DNA from: Pseudoxanthomonas sp.
GTDB taxonomy: Bacteria > Pseudomonadota > Gammaproteobacteria > Xanthomonadales > Xanthomonadaceae
Reading direction: 5' to 3'
Assembly (NCBI GenBank): GCA_041688625.1
Contig: JBDNHW010000067.1
Location: forward strand, 7,532-71,531
DNA: 64,000 bases
Below, one piece after another: positions 29,088 to 41,220 of the stretch. Both the position numbers and the translations under genes were made by a program. The stretch's first letter is position 1. Each line of letters starts with the position of its first letter. A model generated the notes under the pieces. The model ran no database searches. It was not told the origin of the DNA and saw only the letters and a program-made list of their open reading frames with translations.

Positions 29088-29241
29088 CGGGAACGGGGAA
29101 GAGGGGGCGCGAAGCGGGAACAGGGAACAGGGAATGACAGGTCCCTCAGGCCTCGGGCTGTGCCTTGTCAGCCCGGCTGACTCGGGCATCGGCAACGAAA
29201 AGCACGTTCCTTCTCATTCCCTGGTCCCCGTTCCCCGCTTC
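29088..29241. repeat. Heptamer-armed inverted-repeat element, copy 1
   Basis: GAAGCGGGAACAGGGAACAGGGAATGA (29111-29137) ... TCATTCCCTGGTCCCCGTTCCCCGCTTC (29214-29241). Confidence 0.8.
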
Positions 29242-29245
29242 CAAC

Positions 29246-29908
29246 TCACGCCTTCGGTCCCTGCCCTTCGTTGTCTTCCCATTTCAACAGCTTGCGGGTC
29301 ACGAAACGGTATACAGGCTTGCCGGTGCGGAACCACAGGTCGCGCACCCACGAGTGGCGCTTGAGCAGGCGCCACTCCACCGGCGTCACTGATTCGCGGC
29401 AATACATGCGCTTGTGCTTGAGCAGGTGGCGCAGGTCCTCGCGCGCCAGCAGCCGCATCCAGCGCGAGCGCGGGTTGCCGCGTGCCGCCAGCTGGAAGTC
29501 GATCAGGGCCGGGCTGCCGTCGGCGCGCACCAGCCAGTTCGCCTCCTTGGCCAGGTCGTTGTGCGCGATGCCGCGGCGGTGCACCTGCTGCAGCAGCCGG
29601 CGCGCGGCGTGGAAATAGGCCACGTCGCCGCGCGGCGGGTTCAGGTACATGGCCACGCCGTCCATGAAGCTGCGGTCCAGGTGGGTTCCGTCCCAGCGCA
29701 GCAGCTGCGGGGTCTGCGCCTGGCCGGCGAGCTGGCGCAGGGCCAGGGCCTCGCGGCGCGCCAGCCGCCACGCGGGAAAGCGCAGCCACCACGGCGAGGC
29801 GGAAAGATCGCGGCGTACGAACAGCCCCTCGGGGCCACGCATCAGCGCGATTCGGCCGAAGCTGTCCGCCTTCAGCGCTTCGACCTCGATGACGGACGAG
29901 CTGTTCAC
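29246..29908 (-). CDS. Kdo/RIO-like Ser/Thr kinase family protein
   Basis: LKADSFG, RREALAL, HRRGIAHNDLAKEANWL, LIDFQLA. Confidence 0.8.
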   Translation of the reverse strand: MNSSSVIEVEALKADSFGRIALMRGPEGLFVRRDLSASPWWLRFPAWRLARREALALRQLAGQAQTPQLLRWDGTHLDRSFMDGVAMYLNPPRGDVAYFHAARRLLQQVHRRGIAHNDLAKEANWLVRADGSPALIDFQLAARGNPRSRWMRLLAREDLRHLLKHKRMYCRESVTPVEWRLLKRHSWVRDLWFRTGKPVYRFVTRKLLKWEDNEGQGPKA

Positions 29909-29958
29909 GCACGCAGTTTAAACGGATCGGCCGATGCCGCCGCCTATAATCGACGTCG

Positions 29959-31956
29959 ATGAATCCCGCATGGTTGGACTCACTGCTGGCCTGGATCAGC
30001 GCACATCCGGTCGAGGCCGGTGGGCTGATCTTCGCTATTGCGTTTTGCGATGCACTGATCATCGTGGGTGCGATCGTCCCGGCCCTGCCGCTGTTGTTCG
30101 CGCTGGGCGTGCTGATCGGCCTGGGTGAGATCTCCGGCCCCTATGCAGTGGGATGCGCGGCCCTGGGTGCGTTCCTCGGCGACGCCACCAGCTACTGGGT
30201 AGGCTTTCGGTGGGGGCCGCAGCTGCGCAGCCACTGGCCGTTCCGCAAGTACCCGCAGTTGCTGGACCGCGCCGAGACCATGTTCCGGCGCAACGCCCTC
30301 AAGAGCATCGTCATCGCGCGCTACGCCGGGCCCATACGGCCGTTCGTGCCGGCTATCGCCGGCATGTCGAAGATGCACCTGCAGCGCTACCTGGCCGCCA
30401 GCGCGTTCGCCGCGACCACCTGGGCGTTGCTGTTCCTGGGTCCGGGCTGGCTGCTGGGAGAGGCCTACGACGCGGTCGCCGCAGTGGCCGGTCGGCTGAC
30501 CCTGGTGCTGGCCATGCTGGCGGTGGCCCTGGCGCTGGTCTGGGCGCTGGTGCTCTACACCTACCGCTGGTTCGCCGCGCACGCCGATGCGCTGCTGGCG
30601 CGCGCGCTGGCCTGGTCGCATGCGCATCCGGTGCTGGGCCGATATTCGGTGGCGGTGTTCGATCCTCAGCGGCGCGAATCGCTGTCGCTGGCGCTGCTGG
30701 CGGTGCTGCTGCTGGTGATCGGCTGGCTGTGGTTCGCGTTCCTTGCCGTGCTGGTGGGCAAGGGCGAGCCGCTGGCGATCGACCTTGCCCTCCACGGTTT
30801 CATGCAGGCGCTACGCAATCCCCTGGCCGATGCTCCGATGGCGGTGCTGGCTTCGCTGGGCGATGCCCAGGTGCTGGTGCCGGCGGCAACGCTGGTGCTG
30901 GTCTACCTGACCTGGCGCAAGCGCTGGATGGCGGCGGCGCACTGGCTGGCGGCACTGGCCTTCGGACTTGCACTCACTGCCTGGCTGGGCGCGGTGGTCC
31001 ACATCCCGAAGCCGCCCTCGGTGACCAGCGGCTTCGGTTTTCCGTCGATCGCGGTGACCATGTCCACCATCAGCTTCGGCTTCTTCGCCGTGCTGATCGC
31101 GCGCGAGCTTCCCGGACGCGACCGTATCTGGCCGTACATGGTCTCCGGGCTGGTGATGACGCTGATCGGGTTCGCGCGCCTGTACCTGGGCGCGCACTGG
31201 CTGAGCGACGTGGTCGGGGGAATGCTGTTCGGCATCGTCTGGCTGCTGGTGCTGGGCATCGCCTATCGCCGGCGCACGGTGCGCTCGCTGTGGATGAAGC
31301 CGCTGGCCGTGCTGTTCTACGGCACCTTCCTGGCGGCAGCGCTGTGGCATGCGCCACGCAGCATCGATGCGACGCTGGCGCAGTTCGAGACGCCGCTGGC
31401 AAGCAATTCGATGCCGCTGGGGACGTGGTGGAACCAGGGCTGGACGTCGCTGCCGTCGCAGCGCAACGAGTTCGACGACGAACGGCGCTGGCCGCTGGAC
31501 GTGCAGGTGGCAGGGCCGCTGGCGCCGCTGCGCCGGCAGCTGGAGTCGCAGGGCTGGCGGGTCCAGGAGCAGGCGGGCTGGGAGGCCGCGCTGGACCTGC
31601 TCACCGACCGGCCGCTGGCCGAGCATCCGGTGCTGCCGGCCACGCTGGACACCCGCGCCGAGCGACTGCTGATGCTCAAGGCCGGGCCTGGACAGGACCG
31701 GATGCTCGCGCTGCGGCTGTGGCCGGCGCCGGTCCAGCTGCAGCCGACCGGGAAGCCGCTGTGGATCGGCAGCGTGCAGACCCTGCAGCACGTGCGCGTG
31801 TTCGACCTGATTGGCCTGTGGCGCCCGCTGCCACGGGCGGGTCCGTCGCTGCAGACCCTCGCCGAAGACGTGGCGCCGATGAGGCAGCGCACCCAGCCAC
31901 ATCCGGAATCCGGGCAGCCGGTGTTGCGCGTGCGAACCGACGACGCGCCCGAATGA
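29959..31956 (+). CDS. Bifunctional DedA/PAP2 family membrane protein (LssY-like C-terminus)
   Basis: AALGAFLGD..SYWVG, ARYAGPIRPFVP, GFGFPS, ARLYLGAHWLSDV. Confidence 0.88.
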   Translation: MNPAWLDSLLAWISAHPVEAGGLIFAIAFCDALIIVGAIVPALPLLFALGVLIGLGEISGPYAVGCAALGAFLGDATSYWVGFRWGPQLRSHWPFRKYPQLLDRAETMFRRNALKSIVIARYAGPIRPFVPAIAGMSKMHLQRYLAASAFAATTWALLFLGPGWLLGEAYDAVAAVAGRLTLVLAMLAVALALVWALVLYTYRWFAAHADALLARALAWSHAHPVLGRYSVAVFDPQRRESLSLALLAVLLLVIGWLWFAFLAVLVGKGEPLAIDLALHGFMQALRNPLADAPMAVLASLGDAQVLVPAATLVLVYLTWRKRWMAAAHWLAALAFGLALTAWLGAVVHIPKPPSVTSGFGFPSIAVTMSTISFGFFAVLIARELPGRDRIWPYMVSGLVMTLIGFARLYLGAHWLSDVVGGMLFGIVWLLVLGIAYRRRTVRSLWMKPLAVLFYGTFLAAALWHAPRSIDATLAQFETPLASNSMPLGTWWNQGWTSLPSQRNEFDDERRWPLDVQVAGPLAPLRRQLESQGWRVQEQAGWEAALDLLTDRPLAEHPVLPATLDTRAERLLMLKAGPGQDRMLALRLWPAPVQLQPTGKPLWIGSVQTLQHVRVFDLIGLWRPLPRAGPSLQTLAEDVAPMRQRTQPHPESGQPVLRVRTDDAPE

Positions 31957-31963
31957 AGCGGCG

Positions 31964-32542
31964 CTAGGGCATCAGCTGAAGCAGCTGGTCCAGCCGCGCG
32001 TGCGGGTCGTCGTCCTGCAGGATCGACAGCCGCTGCAGGTCGGTGAGCGGCATGAACTCGGCCAGTCGCCAGCCGACCCACGCGGCGTCTTCGTACTTCG
32101 ACTGCTCGACCTTGCTGTGTTCGCCGCCCACCTTGTCCAGGAAGTGCTGCAGCAGCGTGGCGAGCAGCGCATGTTCCGGTCGCAGCGGCACTTGGGGGTC
32201 GGGTGCGCGCCATGCGAGGTCGCCGATGATCAGGCCGCTGTCGCGCACGCGGGTGCGTTCGACGTGGAACCGGCGCGCGCCACGGACTTGCAGGGTCAGC
32301 AGGCCGTCCGATCCACTCCCGAAGTCCTCGATCACCGCTTCGGTGCCGAATGCCGCCGGCGAGGCCGGCACTCCGGCCTCGTTGCCTTCGAGCACCAGCG
32401 AGATACCGAAGCCGTGTCCGTTGCGACCGCAGTCGCGCACCATGTCGATGTAGCGGCGTTCGAACAGGCGCAAGCCCAACGCCGCGCCAGGCAGCAGCAC
32501 GGTCTGCAGGGGAAACAGCGGCAGCGATTCGATGTCGGGCAT
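31964..32542 (-). CDS. LON peptidase substrate-binding (N-terminal) domain protein
   Basis: LPLFPL..VLLPG..L.LRLFERRYIDMV, WVGWRLAE. Confidence 0.9.
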   Translation of the reverse strand: MPDIESLPLFPLQTVLLPGAALGLRLFERRYIDMVRDCGRNGHGFGISLVLEGNEAGVPASPAAFGTEAVIEDFGSGSDGLLTLQVRGARRFHVERTRVRDSGLIIGDLAWRAPDPQVPLRPEHALLATLLQHFLDKVGGEHSKVEQSKYEDAAWVGWRLAEFMPLTDLQRLSILQDDDPHARLDQLLQLMP

Positions 32543-32668
32543 TGGGAAAGTCTAGAACGGAGTGGATGGGCGGCGCGTCACGGACCAGGCACGCGGCGCG
32601 CCCGAGCGCATGCTGCGTTTACGGGTCGAGTGGCGGGCCAGATGCGCTCGCGCAACGCATCGAGCGCT

Positions 32669-34039
32669 TTACACGCTGCCCTGCAGCACCGACAGGAACC
32701 GTCGCGGCGCGCCGTCGAAGCCTCCGTTGGACATGAACACGACGTGGTCGCCCGCTCGCGATACCTGCTGCAGCGCCGCGATCAGCGCGTCGACATCGGC
32801 CGCCGCCCTCGCCTGGCCGCGGATCGCGGCCACCACGCTTGCCGCGTCCCAGGCCAGTTCGGGCCGCTGCAGGAACACCACCGCGTCGGCGTCGTGCAAA
32901 GACGGCGCCAGCGCATCGGCGTGCGCGCCCAGGCGCATCGAATTGCTGCGCGGCTCCATGGCCACCACGATGCGGCCCTGCGGCCCCAGTTTCGCGCGCA
33001 GACCCGCCAGCGTGGTGGCAATGGCGGTGGGGTGGTGGGCGAAGTCGTCGTACACGGTGATGTCGCAGGCCTGGCCGATCACTTCCATGCGTCGCTTCAC
33101 GCTGCGGAAGCCGGCCAGCGCCGGGATGACGGCGGCCACATCAACGCCCACGGCGTGCGCGGCCGCCAGCGAGGCCAGCGCGTTGAGCACGTTGTGCCGG
33201 CCGAGCAGCGGCCACTGCACCTGGCCGACCACATGGCCTGCGTGCAGCACGTCGAAGACGCTGCCGTCCTCCTCGATGAGGCGCGCGCTCCATTCGAACG
33301 AGGGATCCATGCCGAAGCGCTCGACTGGCGTCCAGCAGCCCATCGCCAGCACCTGTGCCAGGTGCGCATCCTCGCCGTTGACGATCAGCCGCCCACGCGC
33401 CGGCACGGTGCGCACCAGGTGATGGAACTGGCGCTGGATCGCGGCGACGTCGGGAAAGATGTCGGCGTGGTCGTACTCGAGGTTGTTGAGGATCGCCACC
33501 AGCGGCCGGTAGTGGACGAACTTGCTGCGCTTGTCGAAGAACGCGGTGTCGTACTCGTCCGCTTCGACCACGAAATCGCGGCCTGCACCGATCCGCGCCG
33601 ACACGCCGAAGTCCTCGGCCACGCCGCCAATCAGGAAACCCGGCTCGCGCCCGGCCGCCTGCAGTAGCCATGTGAGGATGGTGCTGGTGGTGGTCTTGCC
33701 GTGGGTGCCGGCCACGGCCAGCGTGTCGCGGCCCGGAAGCACCACTTCGGAGAGCCACTGCGCACCGGAGGTGTAGCGGCGACCGGAATCGAGCACCGCC
33801 TCGACCGCGGCGTTGCCGCGCGACAGCGCGTTGCCGACCACGATCTGGTCGCAATCATCGGAAATGTTTTCCGGCAGGTAGCCCTGCGCGAAGTGGATGC
33901 CGAGGGTCTCCAGCTGCGTTGACATCGGCGGGTAGATCGCCTGGTCGGTGCCCTCGACCTCATGCCCGAGTTCGCGAGCCAGCGCGGCCACGCCGCCCAT
34001 GAAGGTCCCGGCTATGCCGAGGATGTGGAGTTTGCTCAT
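32669..34039 (-). CDS. mpl: UDP-MurNAc:L-Ala-gamma-D-Glu-mDAP ligase
   Basis: HILGIAGTFMGG, AGTHGKTTT, EADEYDTAFFDKRSKF, DDFAHHPTAI, EPRSNSM. Confidence 0.97.
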   Translation of the reverse strand: MSKLHILGIAGTFMGGVAALARELGHEVEGTDQAIYPPMSTQLETLGIHFAQGYLPENISDDCDQIVVGNALSRGNAAVEAVLDSGRRYTSGAQWLSEVVLPGRDTLAVAGTHGKTTTSTILTWLLQAAGREPGFLIGGVAEDFGVSARIGAGRDFVVEADEYDTAFFDKRSKFVHYRPLVAILNNLEYDHADIFPDVAAIQRQFHHLVRTVPARGRLIVNGEDAHLAQVLAMGCWTPVERFGMDPSFEWSARLIEEDGSVFDVLHAGHVVGQVQWPLLGRHNVLNALASLAAAHAVGVDVAAVIPALAGFRSVKRRMEVIGQACDITVYDDFAHHPTAIATTLAGLRAKLGPQGRIVVAMEPRSNSMRLGAHADALAPSLHDADAVVFLQRPELAWDAASVVAAIRGQARAAADVDALIAALQQVSRAGDHVVFMSNGGFDGAPRRFLSVLQGSV

Positions 34040-34086
34040 ACGCGGCGATTACGACCTGTTCAGAGTGACCGTAGGCAGACCGGCAT

Positions 34087-34665
34087 TCAGCCCACGGGAT
34101 TGCCCGGCGACAGCGCCTCGACCAGGCGCACAAACACTTCGTCGAGTGATCCAACACCGTCGACGATGGCGAGCTGGCCGTGCTGGCGGTAGTACTCGAT
34201 CACCGGGGCGGTCTGGTCGTCGTACACCTTGAGCCGCGTGCGTACCGAGTCGGGCGTGTCGTCGGCACGGCCTTCGGCGGCGGCGCGGCCGGCGATGCGC
34301 TCGACCAGCAGATCGGTCGGCACTTCCAGCTGCACCGCATGGTCCATGCCCTTGCCCATTTTCGCTAGCAGTGCGCCGAGCGCATCGGCCTGGGCCTGGT
34401 TGCGCGGGTATCCGTCGAGGATGAAACCGGTGGCGGTGTCTTCACGGCCGAAGCGCGATTCCAGCATGCCCAGCAGGATGTCGTCGCTGACCAGGTCACC
34501 GCGCGCCATCACCGTCTTGGCCTCGTTGCCCAGCGCGCTGCCGGCGGCGACTTCGGCGCGCAGCAGGTCGCCGGTGGAGATGTGCGGCACCTGCAGGTAT
34601 TCCCTGAGGCGCGAGGCTTGCGTGCCCTTGCCCGACCCGGGCGGGCCCAGTAGTACCAATCGCAT
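34087..34665 (-). CDS. adk: Adenylate kinase
   Basis: LLGPPGSGKGTQA, HISTGDLLR, LDGYPRN, GRADD. Confidence 0.96.
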   Translation of the reverse strand: MRLVLLGPPGSGKGTQASRLREYLQVPHISTGDLLRAEVAAGSALGNEAKTVMARGDLVSDDILLGMLESRFGREDTATGFILDGYPRNQAQADALGALLAKMGKGMDHAVQLEVPTDLLVERIAGRAAAEGRADDTPDSVRTRLKVYDDQTAPVIEYYRQHGQLAIVDGVGSLDEVFVRLVEALSPGNPVG

Positions 34666-34786
34666 TGACTCGCTCCCTGACTGGATGGCGTCGCGGCAGG
34701 CATTTCCGGGCTCCGGGCCACGACAGCACTGCACAGCATCATGTGGGAAGCTTACCGTATCCCGACAACACGGAACCAATGAAACC

Positions 34787-36043
34787 ATGGCCCAAGGCAC
34801 CCTGCTTTATGCCCAATCCGGTGGCGTGACCGCCGTCATCAACGCCTCGGCCGCGGCCGTCATCGAAGAGGCCCGCGCCCGCAAGGTCAAGGTGCTGGCC
34901 GGCCGCAATGGCATCCTCGGGGTGTTGCGCGAAGAGCTGATCGACACCACGAAGGAGTCGGCGGCCGCGATCCGCGGCCTCACGCACACTCCTGGAGGCG
35001 CCTTCGGCTCGTGCCGCTACAAGCTCAAGTCGCTGGACGTGGACAAGGCCAAGTACGAGCGCCTGCTGGAGGTGTTCAAGGCACACAACGTGCGTTACTT
35101 CCTCTACAACGGCGGCAACGATTCGGCCGATACGGCGCTCAAGGTGTCGCAGCTGGCCAAGGCATTCGACTACCCGCTGACCTGCATCGGCGTACCCAAG
35201 ACCGTCGACAACGACCTGGCCGTGACCGACACCTGCCCCGGCTTCGGCTCGGCGGCCAAGTACACGGCGGTGTCGGTGCGCGAGGCGGCGCTGGACGTGG
35301 CCGCGATGGCCGAGACCTCGACCAAGGTGTTCGTGTACGAAGCCATGGGCCGGCACGCCGGCTGGCTGGCCGCGTCAGCCGGGCTGGCGGGCAAGACACC
35401 CGATGAGGCGCCGCACATCATCCTGTTCCCCGAGCGCGCCTACGACGAAATGGCATTCCTGGCGCAGGTGAAGAAAGTCGTGGCCAAGGTGGGCTGGTGC
35501 GTGGTCGTGGCCAGTGAAGGCATCCAGCATGCCGACGGGCGCTTCGTCGCCGACGCCGGCGGCGGCAAGGATTCATTCGGACACACCCAGCTCGGTGGCG
35601 TGGCCTCCTACCTTGCCGGACGGGTGAAGAACGAGCTCGGCATGAAAGTGCACTGGACCCTGCCCGACTACCTGCAGCGTTCGGCGCGGCACATCGCCTC
35701 GAAGACCGACTGGGACCAGGCGCAGGCGGTGGGCAAGGCCGCCGTGCAGTACGCGCTGAAGGGCCAGAACTCGGTGATGCCGGTGATCAAACGCAGCTCC
35801 GACGCCCCGTACCGCTGGAAGATCGAGGCCGCGCCGCTGAGCAAGGTGGCCAACCACGAGAAGAAGATGCCGGCCGGCTTCATTCGCAAGGACGGCTACG
35901 GCATCACCAGCGCCGCGCGTGCCTACCTGGAGCCGCTGATCCGCGGCGAAGCCTACCCGCCGTACGGGCGCGACGGGCTGCCGCAGTACGTGACCCTGAA
36001 GAACGTGGCGGTGAAGAAGAAGCTGCCGGCGTGGAAAGGCTGA
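34787..36043 (+). CDS. pfp: Pyrophosphate-dependent 6-phosphofructokinase
   Basis: QSGGVTAVIN, GGNDS (Asp at the phosphoryl-donor position), PKTVDND (Lys), MGRHAGW. Confidence 0.88.
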   Translation: MAQGTLLYAQSGGVTAVINASAAAVIEEARARKVKVLAGRNGILGVLREELIDTTKESAAAIRGLTHTPGGAFGSCRYKLKSLDVDKAKYERLLEVFKAHNVRYFLYNGGNDSADTALKVSQLAKAFDYPLTCIGVPKTVDNDLAVTDTCPGFGSAAKYTAVSVREAALDVAAMAETSTKVFVYEAMGRHAGWLAASAGLAGKTPDEAPHIILFPERAYDEMAFLAQVKKVVAKVGWCVVVASEGIQHADGRFVADAGGGKDSFGHTQLGGVASYLAGRVKNELGMKVHWTLPDYLQRSARHIASKTDWDQAQAVGKAAVQYALKGQNSVMPVIKRSSDAPYRWKIEAAPLSKVANHEKKMPAGFIRKDGYGITSAARAYLEPLIRGEAYPPYGRDGLPQYVTLKNVAVKKKLPAWKG

Positions 36044-36074
36044 GCCGGGTAGCGGACTTCCGCTGCAGTAACGC

Positions 36075-36099
36075 AAGAGGCCGCGCATGCGGCCTCTTT
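36075..36099. terminator. Intrinsic terminator hairpin between convergent genes
   Basis: AAGAGGCCGC-GCAT-GCGGCCTCTTT. Confidence 0.8.
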
Positions 36100-36122
36100 C
36101 ATTTGCGTTGAAGCAGCGGCGC

Positions 36123-36638
36123 TCAGGGACAGGCGCTACCTTCCACCTTCATCTGTGCTGCATACATTTCCAGTGGCGGCATCTTCCTTCCCGCCTCCGC
36201 CGCCTGCTTGGCATCGTCCAGGTAGATGCGCGCGCGGCCCTGCGCATCCAGAGTGGGCGCCGCGGCGGCGGCGGCGGGCTTGCGCCACACCCGCACCACG
36301 GCCTGCTGCGAGGGACACGCCGCGTTGGGCACGCGGATCAGGTCGTTCAGTTTCCATCCGCCTGCGGCCGAGGGACTGGCCTGCTTGAAGTCCACGAATC
36401 TCGCGCGCGGCTGGCACTGCGGCGCACTGCGCACCGCGACGAACTGGTAGGGAGTCGCCGTCTGGCCGGTGAATTTCCCCTCCAGTCGCGCGCAGGCTTC
36501 GGGAATCGAGCGCAGGGTGTGGGCCGCGCCAACGGCTTGCGCAGTGCCGGTGTCGCGCTGGATCTCGGGCTCCGCCGCGAGCGCCGGAAGGCAGGCAGCG
36601 AGCATCCCGGCGGCGAGCAGGAATGGGGTTGTGCGCAT
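36123..36638 (-). CDS. Hypothetical secreted protein with Cys residues
   Basis: Signal peptide MRTTPFLLAAGMLAACLPALA; codon usage typical of the backbone; IPEACARL, PQCQPRARF, PNAACP. Confidence 0.75.
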   Translation of the reverse strand: MRTTPFLLAAGMLAACLPALAAEPEIQRDTGTAQAVGAAHTLRSIPEACARLEGKFTGQTATPYQFVAVRSAPQCQPRARFVDFKQASPSAAGGWKLNDLIRVPNAACPSQQAVVRVWRKPAAAAAAPTLDAQGRARIYLDDAKQAAEAGRKMPPLEMYAAQMKVEGSACP

Positions 36639-36715
36639 CGTGTGCTCCAGCGGGTCGGGCCGCGCAGGCTGCCACCGCAGCGCTGAACCGCAGCCGCCGA
36701 CAGGACAGGACCCAA

Positions 36716-36733
36716 TCTTGATCGGGATCAAGA
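36716..36733 (+). promoter_or_regulatory. FNR/Anr box upstream of hemN
   Basis: TC-TTGAT-CGGG-ATCAA-GA matches the TTGAT-N4-ATCAA consensus exactly. Confidence 0.88.
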
Positions 36734-36766
36734 CCGCGCTGGCGCAGCGCCATTAGCCTGCAGCCC

Positions 36767-38155
36767 ATGGACCAGACCCTGTTCGAGCCCGACCTGCTGC
36801 GCCGCTACGACCGGCCGGGTCCGCGCTACACCTCGTATCCCACGGCCCCGCAGTTCAGCGAAGCATTCGGCGAGGCCGAGCTGCGCGAGGCCGTGCAGCT
36901 GAGCAATGGCGATCCGATCCCGCGGCGGCTGTCGCTGTACGTCCACGTCCCGTTCTGCAACAGCCCGTGCTTCTACTGCGGATGCAATCGCATCATCACC
37001 AGGGATGCCGAGCGCGGCCGCGAGTACCTGGGCCACCTGCTGCACGAGATCGCGCTGGTCGCGCGCCTGTTCGACGCCGATCGCGAGGTGATCCAGCTGC
37101 ACCTGGGCGGCGGCACGCCGAACTTCCTGTCTCCGGCGCAGCTGCAGGACCTGCTGGACGCGCTGCGCCGCAGCTTCCGCTTCAGCGACTCCCCGAGCAG
37201 GGACCTGTCGATCGAACTCGATCCGCGATTCCTGGACCCCGACGACGTGGCGCACCTCGCCGCAGCAGGGTTCAACCGCGCCAGCCTGGGCGTGCAGGAC
37301 TTCGATCCGGCCGTCCAGCAGGCGGTGAACCGGGTGCAGGGCGTGGCCGAAACCCTGGTCATCATCCAGGCGTGCCGGGACAGCGGCATGCGCTCGGTCA
37401 ACGTCGACCTGATCTACGGGCTGCCCCTGCAGACGCTGGAAGGCTTCGGCCGCACGCTGGACATCGTGGTGGAGGCGCGGCCGGACCGCGTGGCGGTGTA
37501 TGGCTACGCGCACCTGCCGGCGATGTTCAATGCGCAGCGGCAGATCCTCGACGCCCAGCTGCCGACGCCGGCGCTCAAGCTGGACCTGCTGCGGCTGGCC
37601 ATCAACCGGCTGACCGCCGCCGGCTACGTGTACATCGGCATGGACCACTTCGCCCTGCCCGACGATGAGCTGGCGCTGGCGCAGGCTCGGGGCGGCCTGC
37701 ACCGCAACTTCATGGGCTACACCACCCATGCCGACAGCGACCTGGTCGGCCTTGGCGTCAGCGCGATCAGCCACATCGGCGATACCTTCAGCCAGAATCC
37801 GCGCGACATCGCCGGCTGGCAGGCGCGACTGGCCGAAGGCCGCCTGCCGGTGTGGCGCGGCATGGCCCTGAGCGAGGACGACCTGATCCGCGCCGACGTG
37901 ATCCAGTCGCTGATGTGCCAGGGCAACGTCCCCATCGCCGCGCTCGAGCGGCGCCACGGCATCTGCTTTGCCGACTATTTCGCCGACAGCATCCAGCGGC
38001 TTGCCGAACTGGAGGCCGACGGACTGGTGCGCATGCGCGACGGCACCATCAAGGTCACCGGGCGCGGGCGCCTGCTGCTGCGGGTGGTGGCCGCGTGCTT
38101 CGATGCCTACCTGCCGCATTCCAACCCGGCCCTGCCGCTGTCGCGGGTGATCTGA
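36767..38155 (+). CDS. hemN: Oxygen-independent coproporphyrinogen III oxidase
   Basis: RYDRPGPRYTSYPTA, LYVHVPFCNSPCFYCGC, YIGMDHFA, LHRNFMGY. Confidence 0.96.
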   Translation: MDQTLFEPDLLRRYDRPGPRYTSYPTAPQFSEAFGEAELREAVQLSNGDPIPRRLSLYVHVPFCNSPCFYCGCNRIITRDAERGREYLGHLLHEIALVARLFDADREVIQLHLGGGTPNFLSPAQLQDLLDALRRSFRFSDSPSRDLSIELDPRFLDPDDVAHLAAAGFNRASLGVQDFDPAVQQAVNRVQGVAETLVIIQACRDSGMRSVNVDLIYGLPLQTLEGFGRTLDIVVEARPDRVAVYGYAHLPAMFNAQRQILDAQLPTPALKLDLLRLAINRLTAAGYVYIGMDHFALPDDELALAQARGGLHRNFMGYTTHADSDLVGLGVSAISHIGDTFSQNPRDIAGWQARLAEGRLPVWRGMALSEDDLIRADVIQSLMCQGNVPIAALERRHGICFADYFADSIQRLAELEADGLVRMRDGTIKVTGRGRLLLRVVAACFDAYLPHSNPALPLSRVI

Positions 38156-38190
38156 CCCCGCAAACCCGCTGGCCTTCGTCGACCGCGCCA

Positions 38191-38208
38191 ACTTGACCTG
38201 AGTCAAGT
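38191..38208. promoter_or_regulatory. FNR/CRP-family-like palindrome
   Basis: ACTTGAC-CTGA-GTCAAGT, with GACAAT at 38228-38233 at class II spacing. Confidence 0.6.
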
Positions 38209-38627
38209 CGGCGCGCTGCGCATTACGGACAATCGGCGCCTACGTCAAAGGGTTCCCTCGCATGGCCACAGCAGTTTCCACAGCTGCTGCAGGGAGCAGT
38301 GCATGCAGCTCTTGCGCAGCCTTGCCAGATCGATGGGAACGGCAACGGTCATGCGTGCATGGTGACACGCGGCGCGACGCGCCCTGTGGATGCATCCTCA
38401 TGCACCGGCTGCGATCGACATCGACCGCTCTGCCCCGCTGCCCTGTGGCGGGTTCCGGTGCATCCGGGTCATACTCGGGACGCTTCCAGGGGATTGCAGG
38501 GCACTACGAGACATGGGCAGCCGCATCCGGCCGCCGTTGGGTCCGTTCGCTGTTCAGACAGGCTCACCTTCCGGGTTTCGAGGTCCGACCAGTCCGCTGG
38601 GTGACATCCACAACCTTGGGAGGGGTC

Positions 38628-41060
<2,433 letters not shown>

Positions 41061-41096
41061 CCGCAGGCAGCCGCACCACCTGCAACAGGAACACTG

Positions 41097-41120
41097 AAGG
41101 CGGCCGAAAGGCCGCCTTTC
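41097..41120 (+). terminator. Intrinsic terminator after hppA
   Basis: AAGGCGGCC-GAAA-GGCCGCCTTTC. Confidence 0.75.
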
Positions 41121-41220
41121 TCGTGGTCCGCAGCTCAGCTGTTTCCCGGCCCTCACTGCTGCGCTGCAGCACTAGCGCGTAGAATGCGCTCCCCGATCAG
41201 CGCATTACCTGGAGCAGTTC

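Noticed and set aside
38262-38627. 122-aa N-terminal extension as a real part of HppA
   Set aside because: Composition is atypical and a strong RBS sits at 38628; kept only as part of the orphan-FNR finding.
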